Virus genome (UHGV): UHGV-0353264
Length of the DNA stretch: 43,216 bases
Source: a virus
Strand: one strand, 5' to 3'
The notes under the pieces are model-generated. The model was not told the DNA's origin and did not search any database. It saw nothing but the letters and a program-made list of their open reading frames with translations. Position 1 is the first letter of the stretch. Each line of letters begins with the position of its first letter. A program made the position numbers and the translations under genes. This document shows positions 30,495 to 40,275 of this stretch, piece after piece.

Positions 30495-32469
30495 AACTAT
30501 TAAAGATTTCCTCGTCTCGCTTGGCTTCAGTGTGGATGATGCAGGAGCGAAAAAGTTCGGTTCTGTCCTCGCCGGTACAACTGCAAATGTCATCAAAATG
30601 GGGCTGGCTGTTGAAGGAGCTGCGCTGTCCGTGGTGGCCTTCACGGCTAAGATCGCCTCCGGCCTGGATAATCTTTACTGGGCGTCACAGCGCACCGGCG
30701 CGACGGTCCAGGGAATTCAGTCTATTGGCTATGCGGTTTCGCAGGTTGGCGGCAGTGTGGACGCTGCGCGATCTTCTCTGGAAAGCCTCTCCCGGTTTAT
30801 TCGTAACAATCCCGGAGCAGAAGGCTTTCTGAATCGCCTGGGCGTACAGACCCGTGATGCCAGCGGTAACATGCGTGACATGGCTGCTATCTTTACGGGC
30901 GTTGGACAGAAACTCAGCAGCATGCCGTATTACCGGGCTAACCAGTATGCGCAGATGCTGGGCATTGACGAAAATACCCTGATGGCTATGCGTCGCGGAG
31001 TGGGGCAGTTCAGCGCTCAGTATTCAGAAATGGTGAAAGCGATCGGATTTAATGCCGATCAGGCTGCCTTATCGTCAAACCGGTTTATAACCTCGCTGAA
31101 ATCGCTCGGTGAAATGGCCGGGATGGCGCGGGACAAAATCGGATCGAATCTTGCGGACGGACTGGCGGGGCAGATTGATAACCTGCGCAAAAAGATAATT
31201 GAAAATTTTCCCAAAATTGAAGTCACCATCACAAAGGTCATAAAGGGGATCTTCTGGCTGGGTGAGATAGTCGGGCGGGTAGCATTTCGGATAGTCGATG
31301 GTGTCGGAGATATCATCGAGTGGTGGGGGAAACTGGATGCCGAAACGAAAACCCTGATAGAGGTTATCGGCGGTCTGGTTGTCGCCATGCGAATACTTAA
31401 CTCTACTTTCTGGATGTCACCTATAGGGCTGATTACCGGTCTGATCGTGGCTCTCGGTCTCTTGTGGGAAGACTACAAAACATGGAAAGAAGGCGGTAAC
31501 AGTCTTATCGACTGGGAAAAATGGCAACCGGCAATAGATAAAGCGAAGGATGCGATCACCTGGCTTCGTGATCACCTTCTGGAACTAAAAGATGGTGTTG
31601 GCGGCTGGCAAAATGCACTGGAAATCCTCGGTACATTCATCGCGGGTGTCTGGGTATCCAAGGTTCTGGGAGCTTTCGGGAAAATATCTGGTTTGCCGGT
31701 ACCGCCATGGTTAAAAGGCTGGATGGCTTATGCTGCTTATTTGTACTCCGATCGCGAAAATATTGGTGCCAGTGCGAAGTCATCCTGGGATTACACGAAA
31801 CAAAATATTGGAGATTCATTGCGCTGGCTTGGCATTGATACCGATTTTGGTCGTAATCCTCATACCGTAAAAGGCGCAAATATTCAGTCAGATATTCCAG
31901 GTGCTGAGCCGGAACAACATGCACAGGCTACGAAGCGAGGAGAACGGAATAACAATCCGGGAAACCTTAATTTTGCTGGTCAGGCGGGGGCTTCTCTTGA
32001 ACGACCGGGCGGGCGATTTGCCAGATTTGAAACTGCTTTTGATGGATTACGGGCTCTTGCTCGTCAGTTAATGCTGTACGCCGGACGGGGAATAAACAGT
32101 GTGGAGAAAATTATCTCTACCTGGGCACCTGCGTCTGATAATAACAACACAACCGCGTATATCAGGGCTGTATCGCAACGACTGGGAGTGGATCCCCGGG
32201 CTGCCCTGAATATGAGCGATCCGCAAACCATGTCAGCATTGATGAGCAGCATTATCCAGCATGAGAATGGAAGAAATATCTATTCTCGAGAGCTGATTAA
32301 TAAGGCTGCCGTGGCGGGAATTAGTGGCAAAGTGACAGAGGTTAACCAGCAAAATACCTACCACATTTACGGTGGCGGAGATCCGCACGCTGTCGGTAAT
32401 GAGGTTGCACGTCGGCAACAGTCTGCAAATGCTCAGGTCATGCGAAGTAATCAGGTGAGGGTGGGTTAG
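30484..32469 (+). CDS. Tail tape measure protein
   Basis: ATG at 30484 with RBS ggagagagg (ORF track start 30463 is TTG); helical N-terminal region, hydrophobic segments (LIEVIGGLVVAMRIL..., LITGLIVALGLLW), C-terminal globular domain with NNPGNL motif. Confidence 0.7.
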   Translation: MNAETIKDFLVSLGFSVDDAGAKKFGSVLAGTTANVIKMGLAVEGAALSVVAFTAKIASGLDNLYWASQRTGATVQGIQSIGYAVSQVGGSVDAARSSLESLSRFIRNNPGAEGFLNRLGVQTRDASGNMRDMAAIFTGVGQKLSSMPYYRANQYAQMLGIDENTLMAMRRGVGQFSAQYSEMVKAIGFNADQAALSSNRFITSLKSLGEMAGMARDKIGSNLADGLAGQIDNLRKKIIENFPKIEVTITKVIKGIFWLGEIVGRVAFRIVDGVGDIIEWWGKLDAETKTLIEVIGGLVVAMRILNSTFWMSPIGLITGLIVALGLLWEDYKTWKEGGNSLIDWEKWQPAIDKAKDAITWLRDHLLELKDGVGGWQNALEILGTFIAGVWVSKVLGAFGKISGLPVPPWLKGWMAYAAYLYSDRENIGASAKSSWDYTKQNIGDSLRWLGIDTDFGRNPHTVKGANIQSDIPGAEPEQHAQATKRGERNNNPGNLNFAGQAGASLERPGGRFARFETAFDGLRALARQLMLYAGRGINSVEKIISTWAPASDNNNTTAYIRAVSQRLGVDPRAALNMSDPQTMSALMSSIIQHENGRNIYSRELINKAAVAGISGKVTEVNQQNTYHIYGGGDPHAVGNEVARRQQSANAQVMRSNQVRVG

Positions 32470-33056
32470 TGGATATTCTCTCTACACTTTTTCATCAGCA
32501 GAGCAGAAAAATAGGAATGATTGTTCCCAGTGTTGTTATTTCAGAGAAGCATACAGATATGCTTGAAATAACAGAGCATCCGGTAGAGGTCGGGGCCGCT
32601 GTCGCTGATCATGCCTATAAAAAACCGTCAGAAGTGGTGATGGAGGTTGGTTTCGCCGGTGGCGGCGCATTGCTGGATTTTGCCAGTAACCTGACGGCTA
32701 CCAGCCTGCTCGGCCTGAGTCCTCAGCAGACGTATCAGGAGCTACTGGGTCTGCAGGAAAGCCGTATCCCCTTCGATGTGGTAACCGGTAAACGGCTGTA
32801 CAGCAACATGTTGATCCGGGCGCTGGAAGTGACGACGGACAAGACAACCGAAAACGTCCTGTCCGCCGTCCTCACCCTGAGGGAGGTCATTATCTCCCGG
32901 ACACAGCAGATTACCGTCGCGGATAAAACCAACATGAAGGAAGGGGCCAGCACGTCGGCGGTACAGAACAGCGGCAACAAAACCACAAAGCCTCCAGATA
33001 CTTCACTGCTGAAAAGCATCACGGGTAACGTGGCGTCATTACTGGGGGGCGGCTAA
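32469..33056 (+). CDS. Tail/baseplate protein, unknown function
   Basis: 195 aa; 1-nt start-stop overlap with the tape measure gene. Confidence 0.45.
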   Translation: MDILSTLFHQQSRKIGMIVPSVVISEKHTDMLEITEHPVEVGAAVADHAYKKPSEVVMEVGFAGGGALLDFASNLTATSLLGLSPQQTYQELLGLQESRIPFDVVTGKRLYSNMLIRALEVTTDKTTENVLSAVLTLREVIISRTQQITVADKTNMKEGASTSAVQNSGNKTTKPPDTSLLKSITGNVASLLGGG

Positions 33057-33358
33057 TGACAATTCAGGAAATTCCGCTGACAGCGGACAACCAGCAGTTC
33101 AGCATCGTCCTGGGTGGTGTCACCTGGCGGATTAGCATCATATGGCGCGATCTGTACTGGATTATGGACCTGCAGAACGACAGAGGGGAGCCGGTAATCT
33201 CCGGTATTCCTCTCGTCACTGGTGCTGACCTGCTGGCGCAGTACGCCTGTATGGGGCTTGGTTTTAAGCTGGTGGTGGTCTGTGATGACAACACACAGGA
33301 TTACCCCACAAAAACTGACCTGGGCGGTCGCAGCCATTTACTGGTATCAACGGAGTAA
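33056..33358 (+). CDS. Small tail/baseplate protein
   Basis: 100 aa; overlapping start-stop with the upstream gene. Confidence 0.4.
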   Translation: MTIQEIPLTADNQQFSIVLGGVTWRISIIWRDLYWIMDLQNDRGEPVISGIPLVTGADLLAQYACMGLGFKLVVVCDDNTQDYPTKTDLGGRSHLLVSTE

Positions 33359-33360
33359 GC

Positions 33361-34428
33361 ATGTCACAGAACTGGATGAGACATTTCGAGCTGCAGCTTG
33401 TGGACTGGAACGGTCAGGGAATTGAGCTAAGTGATTTCAAAGTCACCTTTACGATCGACTGGTTCAACATCAGCAGCGCGTCCCGGGTAGGGACTATCAA
33501 AATTTATAACCTCTCGGCAGATACTGTGAACCGAATTACCGGGCAGGAGTTTTCGAAAGTGCGTCTGATTGCGGGTTACGACGGTATCGCGCCGGAGGTG
33601 TCGGCAAGCGACATCGGGACAGTGCGGGAAGTTGACGCGGCGGACGTGGGCCAGAGTGATGGTCGCAACTACGGACTGATTTTCAGCGGTGAAATTCGCT
33701 ACTCGGTCACAGGAAAAGACAGTCCGGTTGATTCCTACGTCCTGATTCAGGCAGCAGATACTGATCTGGCTTTTGCCACCAGTATAACCTCACAGACGCT
33801 GGCTGCCGGTTACACGGTCGCTGATGTGAACCGTGCGCTGATGAAAGACTTCGAAGCCAAAGGTGCGACCGAAGGCCTGACGCCTGAAATGCCTGCTACT
33901 GTATTCCCCCGGGGGCGGGTGCTCTTTGGCATGACGCGGCATCTAATGGATAACGTAGCCGGGCAATGTGGCGCAACATGGCAATTCGTGGATGGTCAGC
34001 GCCAGATGGTGGTGAATAATGAATATGTTCACGAAGCGATTGTGCTCAACAGCGCTACCGGGCTTATTGGCATGCCGCAGCAGACCATCGGCAACGGCGT
34101 AAACGTCCGCGCGCTTATTAATCCGAACATCCGGGTTAATGGGCTCATTCAACTGGATCAGGCTTCCGTATATCGCACCGAGTTGTCGAACAACGATATC
34201 GCTATGGCTGGTGGGCAGATCACCGACCAGAACACGGACGGAAATATTACGCTAAGCGGCACCACATCGCAGCCTGCCAGCATCGCAACGGATGGCGTTT
34301 ATATTGTGCGCGGGATTATGTACACTGGCGACACAAGGGGCCAGGCGTGGTACATGGATATGATGTGCGAAGCGCGCGGTGCGGCGGATCTTCGTTCGGC
34401 GTCGTCTTTACAGCGTGAGGTAGGATAG
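33361..34428 (+). CDS. Putative baseplate hub protein
   Basis: 355 aa; position corresponds to the hub gene in Mu-like tail modules. Confidence 0.45.
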   Translation: MSQNWMRHFELQLVDWNGQGIELSDFKVTFTIDWFNISSASRVGTIKIYNLSADTVNRITGQEFSKVRLIAGYDGIAPEVSASDIGTVREVDAADVGQSDGRNYGLIFSGEIRYSVTGKDSPVDSYVLIQAADTDLAFATSITSQTLAAGYTVADVNRALMKDFEAKGATEGLTPEMPATVFPRGRVLFGMTRHLMDNVAGQCGATWQFVDGQRQMVVNNEYVHEAIVLNSATGLIGMPQQTIGNGVNVRALINPNIRVNGLIQLDQASVYRTELSNNDIAMAGGQITDQNTDGNITLSGTTSQPASIATDGVYIVRGIMYTGDTRGQAWYMDMMCEARGAADLRSASSLQREVG

Positions 34429-34781
34429 TGAAAAAGTGGATTGTTATCGGACTCTGTTTCCTTCCGGGGTTAGCATTTGCTGCGAATCCTGGCGGTGTCA
34501 CGCTTCAGTGTGGTGGCTACAAATTAGAGTTGATTCCTGATTCATTGTTCAGGATTAATGGTGAGACAGTTACCTCCCAGAAAATCAAAACGCTCGGCAA
34601 CGGTAATGGAATGAAGGCGGATATGGGGCTTATGCCAGCCAAAGACGGTAACAATTACGGTTTCGAGTTCATTCGCCGTCCGGGTACCGAAACGCGTTTC
34701 TTGAATGTCCAACTACTGCAGAACAGCATGGATGCGCCGAGAATCATAGGTTCGTTTCCTTGTAAGAAGGTCGACGATTAA
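34428..34781 (+). CDS. Secreted (periplasmic) protein of unknown function (moron)
   Basis: 117 aa; GTG start with RBS gagg; Sec signal peptide MKKWIVIGLCFLPGLAFA; two Cys in the mature part. Confidence 0.5.
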   Translation: MKKWIVIGLCFLPGLAFAANPGGVTLQCGGYKLELIPDSLFRINGETVTSQKIKTLGNGNGMKADMGLMPAKDGNNYGFEFIRRPGTETRFLNVQLLQNSMDAPRIIGSFPCKKVDD

Positions 34782-34787
34782 TACAAT

Positions 34788-35318
34788 ATGTGCAATCAAA
34801 GGAATGAGGCTGTTGGCCTTGAAGTAGATACGATTTTGTCGTACTCGAGAGACAGGTATGAAGAAGTTAAGACAACATACAGGCGGTTAGAGGACAAAGC
34901 TAATTTTCTTCTTGCTGTGCTTGGTGTTGAGATTTCTGCATTATTAGCCGTTTTTGGGTCCTTTGAGCTGGGACAACAGTTAAAGACTAGTCTATCCGCA
35001 AGATTGTCTCTATTGTGTCTATGTTCATGTTTTGTATGTTTGGTTTTTTGTTTTTATTATTTATGGAAATGTTGGGAACTTAGAAATATTCCCAAAATGC
35101 CTGTGCATCGAACACCTGAACAACATGAATTTCTTCTGAGGGGTAGTAGAGATGACACAGTCAGATTTCATTTGATAATGTATGGTAGGGCTATTGATAG
35201 AATCGAGAAAATCCATAAAGAAAAATCAGCGTTTGTGAATGAGTTGTTTCGATGGATGGTTATGTCATTTGTATTTTTTATTATTTCCGTAACGTGCATG
35301 TTAATAAGTAAGGTTTGA
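34788..35318 (+). CDS. Two-transmembrane-helix membrane protein of unknown function (moron)
   Basis: 176 aa; strongly AT-rich; hydrophobic hairpin (LLAVLGVEISALLAVFGSF, LSLLCLCSCFVCLVFCFYYLW) plus a further C-terminal hydrophobic segment. Confidence 0.5.
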   Translation: MCNQRNEAVGLEVDTILSYSRDRYEEVKTTYRRLEDKANFLLAVLGVEISALLAVFGSFELGQQLKTSLSARLSLLCLCSCFVCLVFCFYYLWKCWELRNIPKMPVHRTPEQHEFLLRGSRDDTVRFHLIMYGRAIDRIEKIHKEKSAFVNELFRWMVMSFVFFIISVTCMLISKV

Positions 35319-35320
35319 AT

Positions 35321-35494
35321 ATGTCCTGTCCAGAAGACCAAAATGAACCACAACCTAAACCAAGTGAGCCTGAGGTCTCTTTCCTAGATAACTATGAGCA
35401 AGAGATTATGGCTAGAGTACCTTTCGGGGATATCGAAATTATGACGGAAAGCTATCACGACAAGCCTTCAACTTTTCCCAAGAAAGATAGTTAG
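35321..35494 (+). CDS. Small acidic protein (57 aa)
   Basis: ATG at 35321, 2 nt after the upstream stop; translation MSCPEDQNEPQPKPSEPEVSFLDNYEQEIMARVPFGDIEIMTESYHDKPSTFPKKDS. Not in the ORF track. Confidence 0.3.
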   Translation: MSCPEDQNEPQPKPSEPEVSFLDNYEQEIMARVPFGDIEIMTESYHDKPSTFPKKDS

Positions 35495-35511
35495 TGAAGT
35501 TCTTATAAATC

Positions 35512-35537
35512 AAACCCGCCACCAGGCGGGTTTTTTG
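35512..35537 (+). terminator. Strong rho-independent terminator closing the tail-module moron cassette
   Basis: Stem cccgcc/ggcggg with loop acca followed by tttttt. Confidence 0.7.
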
Positions 35538-35555
35538 CTTTCTGGAGCCTACTAA

Positions 35556-36308
35556 ATGGCCGTATCTGACCAGACCCGCAGCGGCGACCTTGCCGAAACA
35601 TTCAAATCTGAACGGGAAACAACAAAGAACCAGATCCGTGTCGCCTTGCCTGGCGTTATTCAGTCATTCGATCCTGATGCGGTGACGGCAGTTGTGCAGC
35701 CTGCTATCCGTTCGGTTGAAAAGGATAATGACGGCAACCGCATTACCCAAAATTACCCATTGCTGGTGGATGTGCCAGTGGTATTCCCGCGCGGCGGAGG
35801 ATGCACGCTAACGTTCCCAGTTAAAGCCGGTGATGAATGTTTGATGATTTTTGCCGATCGTTGTATTGATTTCTGGTGGCAGAACGGCGGGATACAGGAG
35901 CCTGTTGATGACAGAATGCATGATTTATCGGATGCGTTTTGTATTGTCGGTCCCCAGTCGCAGGCAAGGAAGATTAGCGGTATTAATACCAGTGCTACAC
36001 AGTTGCGTAGTGACGACGGCAGCACCTATTTTGAGCTTAATCCTGATACCAGGAAAATTAAAATTGTCGCTCCGGGGGGCCTTGATGTGGTTGCCCCTCT
36101 GGCTGATTTTTCTGAGAAAGTAACCATTCATGGCCTGTTAACCTGGATGGGGGGCATGGTGGGGTCTGTTGTTTCTGGTGTAGCTTCAAAAATCACTGGT
36201 GCTGTTGAGTTTTTGGGTAGCGTGAAGGCTAACGGCAAGCCAATCGATGATACGCACACTCATGGCGGTGTTCAGCGCGGTGGAAGCAATACCGATGGGG
36301 TAAACTGA
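35556..36308 (+). CDS. Baseplate central spike protein (gpV / Mu gp45-like)
   Basis: 250 aa; N-terminal VKAGDECLMIFADRCIDFWW and DLSDAF motifs typical of gpV-like spike proteins. Confidence 0.7.
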   Translation: MAVSDQTRSGDLAETFKSERETTKNQIRVALPGVIQSFDPDAVTAVVQPAIRSVEKDNDGNRITQNYPLLVDVPVVFPRGGGCTLTFPVKAGDECLMIFADRCIDFWWQNGGIQEPVDDRMHDLSDAFCIVGPQSQARKISGINTSATQLRSDDGSTYFELNPDTRKIKIVAPGGLDVVAPLADFSEKVTIHGLLTWMGGMVGSVVSGVASKITGAVEFLGSVKANGKPIDDTHTHGGVQRGGSNTDGVN

Positions 36309-36661
36309 TGCGATACAGACGTGAAGACGCCGATGGCGATTACACCTTTGGCAGCGGTGATGACACCTGGCTGATTAACTCACCGGAGGCCGTGGCGCAG
36401 GCGGTAAAAACGCGATTCGAATTGTGGTATGGGCAATGGTTTCTCGACACCACCGAAGGGACTCCGTGGATCCAGTCCGTGCTCGGTAAGCAGAAGCCGG
36501 AAACCTACAACCTGGCGATCCGTAAGCGCATCCTCGAAACGCAGGGCGTTAAATCAATCCTCTCTTTCAATACGACGGTGGATACCACGACCCGACGTGT
36601 CATGTTTTCCGCTGAAATCGACACTCTTTATGGAATAACGACTGTTACATCGGAGGCGTAA
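36308..36661 (+). CDS. Baseplate protein (gpW/gp46-like position)
   Basis: 117 aa; start overlaps upstream stop. Confidence 0.5.
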   Translation: MRYRREDADGDYTFGSGDDTWLINSPEAVAQAVKTRFELWYGQWFLDTTEGTPWIQSVLGKQKPETYNLAIRKRILETQGVKSILSFNTTVDTTTRRVMFSAEIDTLYGITTVTSEA

Positions 36662-37860
36662 TGGCTCTGAACCTTGATTCTCTCGGTTTATCTGCAAAGG
36701 TAACCGCGGAGGGGATCAGTGCGCCTGATTATCAGACGATACTCAGCACCCTGATTAGCTATTTTCAGCAGATTTATGGCAGTGATGCCTACCTCGAACC
36801 GGACAGCAAAGACGGCCAGATGGTGGCTCTGATAGCGCTGGCGATTCATGATGCCAATAATATGGCGATAACTGTCTACAACTGTTTTTCACCGGCAACC
36901 GGCTATGGGGCCGCACTGACCAGTAACGTGAAAATAAATGGTATTTCACGTAAAGGCGCGACGAATTCTACGGTTGATTTGCTTCTTACAGGAACTGCCG
37001 GAACAACCATCATTAATGGCAGCGTGAAAGACAGTAATAATGTGATATGGCGTTTGCCTGTTTCAGTGGTGGTCGGCGTGGATGGTACAGTGATGGTGAC
37101 CGCAACATGTTCCGTCAGTGGTGCAGTGGCGGCGCTGGCTGGAACAATCACTGAAATTAATACGCCAACCCGTGGCTGGGTTTCGGTAACTAATCCTGCT
37201 GCGGCTACTGTTGGCTCTCCGGCAGAAACTGATGCTGAGTTACGTATCCGCCAGTCGCAAAGTGTTGCGTTGCCATCAATAACCCCATTTGAAGCACTGG
37301 ATGGTGCTGTTTCTAATGTTGCCGGTGTAACCCGCCACAAACTCTATGAAAACGATACTGGTTCGGAGGACGGTAACGGGTTACCGCCACACTCTGTTGC
37401 TGTAATTGTGGATGGTGGTGATGTGACGGATATTGCTCATGCTATCAGAGGGAATAAAGGCCAGGGGACAGCCACTCACGGTACAACATCCGTTACGGTT
37501 CCGGATAAATACGGCAATCCCCATGTAATCAAATTCTCGCGTTCCAGTGATGTGCCTGTTTATGCCCGGATTAAATTAAAAGTTTTTACGGGTTATACCT
37601 CACAGATAGGGCAGCAGATCCAGCAGGCTATTTCCGACTATATCAATAGTCTGATGATTGGTGATTCGGTCCTTTTAAGTCGCATTTACTCACCGGCGAA
37701 TCTTGGCGTGGTGAGTGGCGGGAATGCACGCTATTACGATATTCAGGAGCTGACGATTGGTAAATCCCCGGGGGCTTTGTCGTCATCAAACATTGATATC
37801 AGATACAACGAATCTGCGTCCTGTACCCCGGAAAATATCGTTATAACGGTGGAGTCATGA
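36661..37860 (+). CDS. Baseplate J-like protein
   Basis: 399 aa; size and position match baseplate J in Mu/P2-like modules. Confidence 0.55.
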   Translation: MALNLDSLGLSAKVTAEGISAPDYQTILSTLISYFQQIYGSDAYLEPDSKDGQMVALIALAIHDANNMAITVYNCFSPATGYGAALTSNVKINGISRKGATNSTVDLLLTGTAGTTIINGSVKDSNNVIWRLPVSVVVGVDGTVMVTATCSVSGAVAALAGTITEINTPTRGWVSVTNPAAATVGSPAETDAELRIRQSQSVALPSITPFEALDGAVSNVAGVTRHKLYENDTGSEDGNGLPPHSVAVIVDGGDVTDIAHAIRGNKGQGTATHGTTSVTVPDKYGNPHVIKFSRSSDVPVYARIKLKVFTGYTSQIGQQIQQAISDYINSLMIGDSVLLSRIYSPANLGVVSGGNARYYDIQELTIGKSPGALSSSNIDIRYNESASCTPENIVITVES

Positions 37861-38537
37861 GCAAATACACCGAACTAATCACGAACTACCACGCCACCAA
37901 ACCTAAATTTCTTGCACATGTTGATCTGATGACCCGGCCGCTTATTGATGTTGCGGCTGCCACCAGAGGGCTGATTACTGCATTTGATATTGACTCTGCG
38001 GTTGGTGTGCAACTTGACATTCTGGGATTGTGGATCGGACGTAGCCGTGTTGTCAGCCAGCCTATCTCAGGTGTCTATTTCAGCTGGGATACCGACGGGC
38101 TTGGATATGATCAGGGTGTATGGCGGGGACCATACGATCCTGATTTAGGATACATGTATCTCAGCGATGAAACTTATCGTGTCATTCTTAAAGCGAAGAT
38201 TGCGATTAATAACTGGGACGGACGGAATGATTCGCTTCCGGCAATTCTTGACGCGGCAACAGCAGGATCCGGGCTACGAATGCTGATAGTCGATAACCAG
38301 GACATGACGATATCGGTCTGGGTCTTTCCTGATACTGATATTTCAGATGTATCGCGTGAGTTAATTGCGGTAATTAAACAGGGGTATCTCACAGTAAAAG
38401 CCGCCGGGGTATGGGCGGGTGGCATTGAAACACCTTCTGTGGAAACCCCATCGGAAGGTTCAAAATTTTTTGGTTTTGATATGGATAACGAATTCATCAG
38501 TGGTTTTGATGTAGGGGCATGGGGAGTATTACTCTGA
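37857..38537 (+). CDS. Baseplate wedge / tail protein I-like
   Basis: 226 aa; 4-nt overlap with the J-like gene. Confidence 0.5.
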   Translation: MSKYTELITNYHATKPKFLAHVDLMTRPLIDVAAATRGLITAFDIDSAVGVQLDILGLWIGRSRVVSQPISGVYFSWDTDGLGYDQGVWRGPYDPDLGYMYLSDETYRVILKAKIAINNWDGRNDSLPAILDAATAGSGLRMLIVDNQDMTISVWVFPDTDISDVSRELIAVIKQGYLTVKAAGVWAGGIETPSVETPSEGSKFFGFDMDNEFISGFDVGAWGVLL

Positions 38538-39604
38538 TGGCAAAAAATGACTTTAAAGCATTCGCAACGGGTAAAAATGCCAATGTTATGCCGCAGGAGG
38601 AATGGGAAGCGTTGCCTGCGCTTTTATCCGGATTTACAGCAGGGAAAGCATCCAGTGCGCAGGTGAACAAAGCCATTCGACAGGCCAGCTTTATTACGGC
38701 AGCGCTTGCACAGTACACAGCTAATAAAAGTGGGCTGGATGTGCTTGATGATGGTGACCTGAACGGGTTTATCTCCAAAATGGAAGCGGCTTTGGGGAAG
38801 GATTTCCAGGCGCTTGACGCCACGCTCACTGCACTGGCAGGCCTTGCCACTGCGGCAGACAAACTACCGTATTTTACGGGGAATGATACAGCCAGCCTGA
38901 CAACCCTGACTAATGTTGGACGGGATATTCTGGCTAAAACAAGCAAACAGGAGGTTATTCATTATCTTGGTTTGGGAGCTACAAACGGATACGTGGGACG
39001 CTTGGTGAATACCCGGGTTTTCACGTCATCAGGTACGTACACCCCGACGCCAGGAACAAAACGGATCAGGGTCACAATAACGGGCGGCGGTGGCGGAGGG
39101 GGCGGCTGCAAGGCTATATCCAATAATGAAACGTTTTTCGGTGCTGGCGGTGGGGCCGGTGGAACAATAATTTCAATAATGACCCCGACACAGAATAGTT
39201 ATCCAGTCACTATCGGCGCAGGTGGGGCCGGTGGTGTTAGTGCGACTTACGGCATCAATGGCGGTAATAGCTTATTCGCATCGTTAATTGCTCCTGGTGG
39301 CGCAGGCGGCGGAAAGTCAGGAGTCACAAACACAAACGGTGGTAACGGAGGTGTGCCGAGTACTGGCGATATAAACATCATTGGTGGATGTGGAGGCGAC
39401 GGTCAGTCCGGAAATATCGGCGTTAGCGGTGAAGGCGGAACATCGTACTGGGGTGGCGGTGGACGCGCAGGCGCTGGCGGTGGTGTTAGCGGCAAGGCAT
39501 ATGGTTCAGGCGGTGGTGGTGCATACGATGCCGGTTATAGCGGAGCCAGTATGACGGGCGGGAAAGGCGCTGCAGGGATTTGTATTATCGAGGAGTTTGC
39601 ATAA
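38519..39604 (+). CDS. Tail fibre protein with Gly-rich repeat domain
   Basis: 361 aa; C-terminal half dominated by GGGGGG / GAGGG repeats (ITGGGGGGGGCK..., GGAGGGKSG..., GGGGRAGAGGG). Confidence 0.7.
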   Translation: MGSITLMAKNDFKAFATGKNANVMPQEEWEALPALLSGFTAGKASSAQVNKAIRQASFITAALAQYTANKSGLDVLDDGDLNGFISKMEAALGKDFQALDATLTALAGLATAADKLPYFTGNDTASLTTLTNVGRDILAKTSKQEVIHYLGLGATNGYVGRLVNTRVFTSSGTYTPTPGTKRIRVTITGGGGGGGGCKAISNNETFFGAGGGAGGTIISIMTPTQNSYPVTIGAGGAGGVSATYGINGGNSLFASLIAPGGAGGGKSGVTNTNGGNGGVPSTGDINIIGGCGGDGQSGNIGVSGEGGTSYWGGGGRAGAGGGVSGKAYGSGGGGAYDAGYSGASMTGGKGAAGICIIEEFA

Positions 39605-40020
39605 TGAATGCGTCATATGCAGTTATTGAAAATGGGATGGTTATGAATGTAATTGCCTGGGATGGCGAGGCTGAATTCACAGTGCCGGATAACCAGCAAC
39701 TCATTAATATTTCTGATATCAGTGAGCAGCCTGGAATCGGCTGGGCGTATTCCGATGGTGTATTTTCTGCACCGCTCCCACCAGAACGATCTCACGATGA
39801 ACAGGTGGCTGATGCTGAACACCAAAAACAGTCGATGATTGATGCTGCAATGGTCAATATCAGCGTGATTCAGTTAAAGCTGCAGGCCGGGCGCAAACTG
39901 ACGCAAGAAGAAACTACCCGACTTAACGTTGTGCTGGATTATATCGACGCTGTGACGGCAACAGATACCAGCACTGCACCGGATATTGAGTGGCCGGATG
40001 AACCGTGCTTCGCTGAATAA
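39604..40020 (+). CDS. Putative tail fibre assembly protein
   Basis: ATG at 39604 overlaps the fibre stop (TAATG) with RBS gaggag; 138 aa. Confidence 0.45.
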   Translation: MNASYAVIENGMVMNVIAWDGEAEFTVPDNQQLINISDISEQPGIGWAYSDGVFSAPLPPERSHDEQVADAEHQKQSMIDAAMVNISVIQLKLQAGRKLTQEETTRLNVVLDYIDAVTATDTSTAPDIEWPDEPCFAE

Positions 40021-40221
40021 AATCTGTTGAGAAGTGGTTTAATTGTATCTCAATTATTTTTGAGTAATAAAAGTAGGACAAAGCTGAGACAAATAAAGCC
40101 TCGCAATGGTTGCAGGCTTTGAACACTTCTATATTGAGTATGTGACGTGGTTTTGTTTATTTACATTCTATATATTGATCTCAATTTTTATGAATGTAGA
40201 GCATACGGATAAACCGCAGTG

Positions 40222-40258
40222 TGATTAGAGTCAAGGTAATAACTGTTGACTCTAATCA
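40222..40258. repeat. Perfect 13-bp inverted repeat (tgattagagtcaa / ttgactctaatca) with 11-nt spacer
   Basis: Read directly; sits between the tail-fibre operon end and the acyltransferase stop. Terminator or protein-binding site. Confidence 0.5.
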
Positions 40259-40275
40259 TTGCAAAGTAACTTTAT

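Noticed and set aside
39050-39520. Highly repetitive GGC/GGT-rich DNA that might suggest a repeat array or CRISPR
   Set aside because: It is in-frame coding sequence for the Gly-rich tail-fibre domain; no spacer-repeat periodicity.
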